Part shown: positions 58,394 to 64,000 of the stretch, piece after piece
Numbering within the stretch: the first letter of the stretch is position 1
How the letters are laid out: every line of letters starts with the position of its first letter
Assembly (NCBI RefSeq): GCF_001194135.2
Contig: NC_068983.1
Location: 147,271,033 to 147,335,032, forward strand
Length of the DNA stretch: 64,000 nt
Direction of reading: 5' to 3'
Origin: Octopus bimaculoides
Lineage: Eukaryota
Notes under the pieces: model-generated
The model's database searches: none
The model's input: the letters and a program-made list of their open reading frames with translations, nothing else
Told to the model about the DNA's origin: nothing
Position numbers and translations under genes: made by a program

Positions 58394-59656
58394 TTATTTA
58401 TTTTTTACAGATTTCTTTTTACTGAATACATACTTGTTGATAAGAATATAAAGAATAAAGATTTGAATAAAGAAAAAGATGACACTAGCAAGACAAATAT
58501 ATATAAAAGTGTTGCTACCTTCAAATTCCAAGAAATAAGCAGGTAGAAGCCATATGCCTTGTCCAAGAAACCAAACTAGAATTAAAATCAATCCATGAAC
58601 TACAGTCAGTTGCAGAGAAGGCAGAAGTAAGGGAAGGAGACAGAGGTACCAGAGAAAATATTGGGATGTGCATACTTTGTTAAACATCACAAAAATTACA
58701 GTTAAAAGGAACCAGCAGAAGGGCAAGTCAGCAAAGTATACAAGTGTTATGGCTGAAATTAGAATGATCTGTGGTAGAAAAGTAATGAGGCCAATCAGTG
58801 TTGATTGACTCAAATCTGCTGTAAGATAGAGAAGGTAGAAAAACAGAGAAAAGTTATGCCGAGTATCTTTACGGCTTATGTGATAGAGATATGCTTCCTG
58901 TATAAATGGCCACTCATATGCAAAGTAAAAGATACTAGTCAGTGAAGCTAAAGTTAAGATAGAAACTAAAGCAAATACAATCTGATCAGAGTTGGGTAAA
59001 ATAAGTCTTTTTATCTTTTGTAGCTTCTTGTTAGGTTTTGTAAATGATTCAGATGCAAGGTTTAAGTAAATAGAAGGAGCATAAATGATTGGATATATTT
59101 TGGTGTGTATAGCAATTCCATACAACACAGCTGCAAAAAATAAATGTCTTTTAAGGCATGTTAGTAAGCTAAAAAGAACTAGGAAAGTTATGATAGATTC
59201 AGCATTACCCCGGGTACATATAGTTATAGAGAGTGGATTATACAACCAAAACATTGAACACAATGTAGACAGTCTTCTTGATTGATGTTTTAGTTGAACT
59301 ATCTTGAAAATTGTAAAAGCAGTAAGTAAGTCAAATACTACAAAAACAAATTTCCCAAAATGAAATGAAATTAAAATATTTGGTGTCAAAAAATATGCCA
59401 ACAAAGGTGTATAGCGGTATGTGTGTCTCTTATAAGGACTCAATCCCTCCACAACATGCTTTGCGGCATCAGTAAACACACTGTAATCAATATCTGTATA
59501 TTTGACATCGAAATTTAAGTCTTGCCATATACCATAACCAATTAACACAAACCGAATCAAGCATCCAATGGTTAGATGCCATTTAATGTGTAATAAACTG
59601 GTTTTTGCTGCTGACACTTTGATGAGATTAAATAGGTATTGCATAACGGTCTTCAT
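58394..59656 (-). CDS. PIGM: GPI mannosyltransferase 1 (PIG-M), CDS without introns, 420 aa
   Basis: Intact ORF with PIG-M hallmarks: VKYTDIDYSVFTDAA (lumenal DXD), SPYKRHTYRYTPLLAY, TRGNAES, HTKIYPIIY, YLYHISRKDTRHNFS, FNKVCTSQYFLWY; many hydrophobic TM segments. Confidence 0.96.
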   Translation of the reverse strand: MKTVMQYLFNLIKVSAAKTSLLHIKWHLTIGCLIRFVLIGYGIWQDLNFDVKYTDIDYSVFTDAAKHVVEGLSPYKRHTYRYTPLLAYFLTPNILISFHFGKFVFVVFDLLTAFTIFKIVQLKHQSRRLSTLCSMFWLYNPLSITICTRGNAESIITFLVLFSLLTCLKRHLFFAAVLYGIAIHTKIYPIIYAPSIYLNLASESFTKPNKKLQKIKRLILPNSDQIVFALVSILTLASLTSIFYFAYEWPFIQEAYLYHISRKDTRHNFSLFFYLLYLTADLSQSTLIGLITFLPQIILISAITLVYFADLPFCWFLLTVIFVMFNKVCTSQYFLWYLCLLPLLLPSLQLTVVHGLILILVWFLGQGIWLLPAYFLEFEGSNTFIYICLASVIFFFIQIFILYILINKYVFSKKKSVKNK

Positions 59657-59829
59657 TTCATTTCTTGCTATATATTTAAATACAAAACTGGATCTTCTTC
59701 TGCAGTTACATTTAGAGCTGAGTTCAAAATGAGGACTTTCTATATTTTCTCTCTCCCTTTCAAAAGAAACTTGTAGCGTACCATTGCATCTCTAGGTATT
59801 GAAACCACAACAAATGTTTAAATATTTTC

Positions 59830-59856
59830 CTAAAATAAGATAAAAGAAGAATTACA
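59830..59856 (-). promoter_or_regulatory. Probable splice acceptor of a PIGM 5'UTR intron
   Basis: Minus strand reads taattcttcttttatcttattttag|gaaaat about 170 nt upstream of the ATG. Confidence 0.4.
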
Positions 59857-61899
59857 ATAACTCAAATTGAAAATGTGTCACAATAACCATTAATATTTAC
59901 TTATTATAACATCCAGGAATTCCCTCACGAGATTTGATAGCTAATTCTTTAATAGTTGGAAGCTATCAACAATTTATATATCTTACTATTGTTAATGAGG
60001 CAAAATAATAATGTGGATACATTAATTACAGAAAAAATATGTAAATCTTTTCAAGTTTGAGAATATACAGGTTTCATATTTTGCATAAAAAAATAAATTT
60101 AAAAAAATGTTAAAATCCAAACATGAATAAGTATCACATGACAACGTTTTGGAAATGATCTGTTGCAGTAACAATTATTTATGATCTCGTCTTTCATAAT
60201 CTATACTCTGTTTTAACTGGTTTAGTCTTCAGCTAATTTATTCCTATACATATGAACATTTCCCTATACTGGGTCTGAATTCAGAAAGATTAAGATTTCA
60301 ACATCCCATGAAATTATAGCATACTCATTAAGATCAAGAAAACACTTGATAAATGTTGAGTTGAAAGCCAGTCAAGGAATATATACCTATATATTAGAAT
60401 AAAGTACTTGAAGGTAATTGGAGAAGACTGGGAGGATCAAAATGTAGTGTAATACATAAATAAAAATGAAAATGTGATTAATTTTGAAGAAAATTCAAGT
60501 CATCACAAAACTGACTGCTTTGTTATAATCTTTACTGAGATGTTTGACAATCATCGCCACCACTACCATAACCATCATTATAATTTTCCTCTGCCTTATG
60601 AGCTGGTATGGGTTGAGTGAGCCATTGAAACTGGAGCCAGTGTTCTAGATGGCTTGAAGGACTACATCTCACACTTATGATTTTCAGTATAAATTCTATG
60701 GCTGGATACCCTTCATCACGACCATTTTACAGTGTACTGGGAACATTTTATCATGGCACCAGCACCAGAGAGGTTGTCATATCGTTAAGACTAAAGGGTC
60801 CTTATGACCCTATACTGTCTCCACTTGTTTGCCATCATTTTAGATATCGTACAGGTATGATTTATTAGAATGTTTAGCTGAAGACTTTAGGAACACCTCT
60901 TATGTATATCAACATGACTGTTTCATGCTGGTATAGGTTGAATGGAATGTTATAGTCCAAACCAGATCTTATTTGGAGTTATAGTCTTGGATAATTTGGG
61001 AGAACACATTTCATTCATATGTTTATATTTTGGTATAGCTTCTATAGCCGCATACCCATCTAACACCAACCACTTTATAGGAGGCCTCAAATGTGCTTTA
61101 TCACAGTATCAGACACATTGTCATCTCTTCTGCAAGACAGGACTAAAGATTCCTCTGAATCCTACATTGTTTCTATTCATTCACCAACTACTTTACAGAG
61201 TGTACAGTGTACATTATATCAGGGCATCAGTACTAGTGAGGTTGTCTTGAATCTTGTAATCTTCATTGCTCTATATTGTTTCCATTTGTCTGGAGCAATG
61301 TAGTTAATAGTGTGTAAAAGAGATTGCAGGACATGAAAGGAAGCAGAATGATTAGGGTATGCATGGAAAAAGGAAATAGGGGAGACAGTATAGAAGCAAT
61401 GAAAGAGACATTAAGAGCTGAAGATAACAGAGAGAGAGAGAGAGAAAGCAAGGGACAGATAGTCGTAAAAGGGACAGGTGTAGAGTGTTAGAGGTCAATA
61501 ATGAATGACCTGGAGAAAAGTAATTTGTTGTCAGTTGTATAGAAGAGTATAATGTTAGTTATTAAGATAGAAAGCCAATGGTTAGTGTTACGGCTATGAG
61601 GGAGTTAAAGATGGAGGAGGAAAAGTATTGAAATGATGTAATCTTACATTAATCAAATATCATAATCGGGAAATGACACTAATGGAAGCTACTTATTTGC
61701 TAGAAGAAAGAATGGGGCGCCTGTAATAGATATGAATAGATAAATGTGTGTGTGTGTAAGGGATATATGTACAGGGAGACAGTTAGTCATGCAAGCAGCT
61801 ATAACTAAGAATTTCAAAGGTGTGAAATTGTATTGAATCAATCAGATGTCATTTGTTTGCCACCCAAAGCCTACCAGTCTACGGTGATGATAATTGTTT

Positions 61900-62080
61900 G
61901 TTTCTAATTAAGGCACAAGGCCAGAATTTTAAGATTTCATTAATTTCAGTACTTGATTGGTACTATATTTTATTGACTCTGAAAGCATGAAAGGCAACAT
62001 TGACCTCAGCAGGATCTGAACCCAGAACCAGAACTGAAAGAAATACTGCAAGACATTTTGTAATGATTTTGCCAGTTCAC
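61900..62080 (-). mobile_element. Diverged SINE family 2
   Basis: ttgactctgaaagcatgaaaggcaacattgacctcagcaggatctgaaccc. Confidence 0.6.
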
Positions 62081-62199
62081 AGAATTAATGATGATGATGA
62101 TGATTATTATCATCATCAATTATTGTTAGGGCCTTGGGGACAATATCAAAAACTACCCCATGACCAATAGCCTGCAAGGTTTGATAGAGAAGGAAGCCA

Positions 62200-62830
62200 A
62201 AGTGAAATTCAATAATGGCTCAAAAGCTCCGACCGAAAAACAGAAACAGAGCGACTGATACTAGCTGCACAAAATCAATGCCTGGCCAAAAACAACTATA
62301 AAAATAAAACCATAAGAACAGATCTTAACACCAAATGCAGAATATGCAACCAGCACAATGAGACAGTCATCTTTGACTGGCCAGTCTTTACCAACTCTGA
62401 ATACACTCAGTAATATGCTAACACTGCAATGTGAAATAAGAAGTGATATAAGCATGTACCAAACATGGTATATAACAATGACCTGGCCAAAATAATCTGG
62501 AATATGCCATTCAAAACTGACAAAGAGATCAATGCAAACTGTCCAGATATGATAATAAAAGAGTGGAAAATAAACATATGTACACAGATAGACATTGTAA
62601 TCCCTTCTGATGAAAATATTACCTGAAAAACAAAATACAAGGACCTTGAAATTGAGATATTCAAGAAGTGGAGCATGAGGATGAAAATAATGCCAATAGT
62701 AACTGGTGCATTAGGCATAATTAAAAAAGATATGAAAAGAAACATAGAAACCATACTAGGTAGGCTCACAGCACTACACAACAAATAGTTCTGCTAGAAA
62801 GAGCCCATATCCTGTGCAAATCACTATCAA
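62200..62830 (+). mobile_element. R4/Dong-type retroelement fragment (zinc knuckle plus RLE)
   Basis: TETERLILAAQNQCL..KCRICNQHNETV; KIIWNMPFKTDKEINANCPDMII..IDIVIPSDENI..KYKDLEIEI..PIVTGALG. Confidence 0.75.
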
Positions 62831-63159
62831 TTCCATAGATTAGCTAATTAGTCGAATAACCCAAACAGAACAATCTTCACATACTTATACAACAAGTAAC
62901 TAATAATCATAAACAACACAGCTTGTGCAACATATACAAGATTAAGGTTTAACAGAATAATGCAACCCACATTATACATCCCATCTACGAAAGAATTAAC
63001 AATATAAAAAGAAACTAAACCACATAATAAAACAAACTGATGTAGTATACCAACAGGAGGAGTTTACCCGCTAACCAATCCTCACAAAAATAAGAACATA
63101 ATGTTGCATACACTTCAGGAACTGAGAGATGCAATTGAAACTACCAAAAAAAAAATAAA

Positions 63160-63500
63160 CTTTCTAATTTTGGCACAAGGTCAGTAATTTGTGAAGTGTG
63201 TGTAAGCCAATTACAGCAATTGCAGTGCTCAATGGATGTAAAGCAAAGTTGGCTTTGGTGGAATTTGAACCCAGAACATAATGGGTTAGAGGAAATGCTG
63301 CTAAGCATTTTGCCCAACATTCTAATGATTCTGCCAGCTTGACACCTCAATAATAATTCTAATTAGGCACAAGGCCTGAAATTTGGAGGGATGTTGCTTA
63401 GTTGATTATATTAACTGATTCTTTATTCTATTGACTCTGAATGTAAAAAAAGGCTTAGCTGGCCTTGGAAGGATTTGAACTCAAGAGTCAGAACAAATAT
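63160..63500 (-). mobile_element. Two diverged SINE family 2 copies
   Basis: ggcacaagg tails and ggaatttgaaccc/ctc B-box complements. Confidence 0.55.
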
Positions 63501-64000
63501 ATTATATACTAGCTGAGTATCCAAGTTGTTGAAAAGAAAAATGATGTATTTTCCAATTTAAAAAAAGTTTTTCTATTTGTTTACCTTTTTGTTTTCTTTT
63601 TACTGAAAAGACATCAGTACACCAGTATGAAAAAAAATCAACCATTTTTTTTCTTTTAAATTTTTTCAGCGGATTCATATGCTTACATTGACAGAGATTC
63701 TGAATATACCAAAAACCATGTTTTCAAAATTTTCAATTCCCCCTCTCTAAGCCGGTTTTGCTTTTTCGCTTTAAAGGTAAACGGTCCTGATAGAAACAAA
63801 CATGATATTCCATAATATGTTTGTGTTCTTCATTCAGAAAGAATAAAAACTTCTTGGGACTTCGTTCATGTGTATCCTCCCTCCCCACAAAAGTTTGTAT
63901 ATTCGGAATCTACATGATATAACACATACTCGTAGAAAATTTCATTACAAAATATCCATTTTTCTGAAAGTTATGATCATCCAAAGTCGGTGGGACAGAA

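Noticed and set aside
58394-58420. C-terminal ER-retrieval signal on PIGM (KKKSVKNK)
   Set aside because: Lys is at -3 but not at -4 or -5, so it does not fit KKxx/KxKxx.

Overview
AT-rich, microsatellite-dense metazoan genomic DNA with 11 N-gaps. The repeat families and (TTAGGG)n tracts suggest a coleoid cephalopod such as Octopus; this is inference, no search was run. Gene content: a + strand tandem array of cytosolic sulfotransferase (SULT)-fold genes, made up of the last exon of one paralogue (909-1015) and two complete 5-exon genes, A (14185-30958, 303 aa) and B (35911-50740, 299 aa), with identical exon 2-5 lengths and intron phases. A convergent PIGM (GPI mannosyltransferase 1) with an intronless CDS lies at 58394-59656 (-). 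The rest is decayed mobile DNA: mariners, RTE LINEs, R4/Dong-type RLE retroelements, Penelope-like elements, Helitrons, a hAT fragment and several tRNA-derived SINE families. Main finding: both complete SULT genes are intact and the array shows signs of purifying selection, yet they share loss of canonical PAPS-binding/catalytic residues (YPKSG becomes YPAAG/YPTAG; RKGxxGDWK becomes HSGKVDTWK/RSGKVSTWK). They keep the catalytic His and a perfect KxxxTVxxxE dimerisation motif, so they are a candidate pseudo-enzyme or neofunctionalised SULT subfamily. Secondary findings: several hammerhead-ribozyme-like motifs (one sense-strand in a SULT intron), a foldback element with a telomeric core, a telomere-repeat insertion inside a SINE, and several long hairpins.
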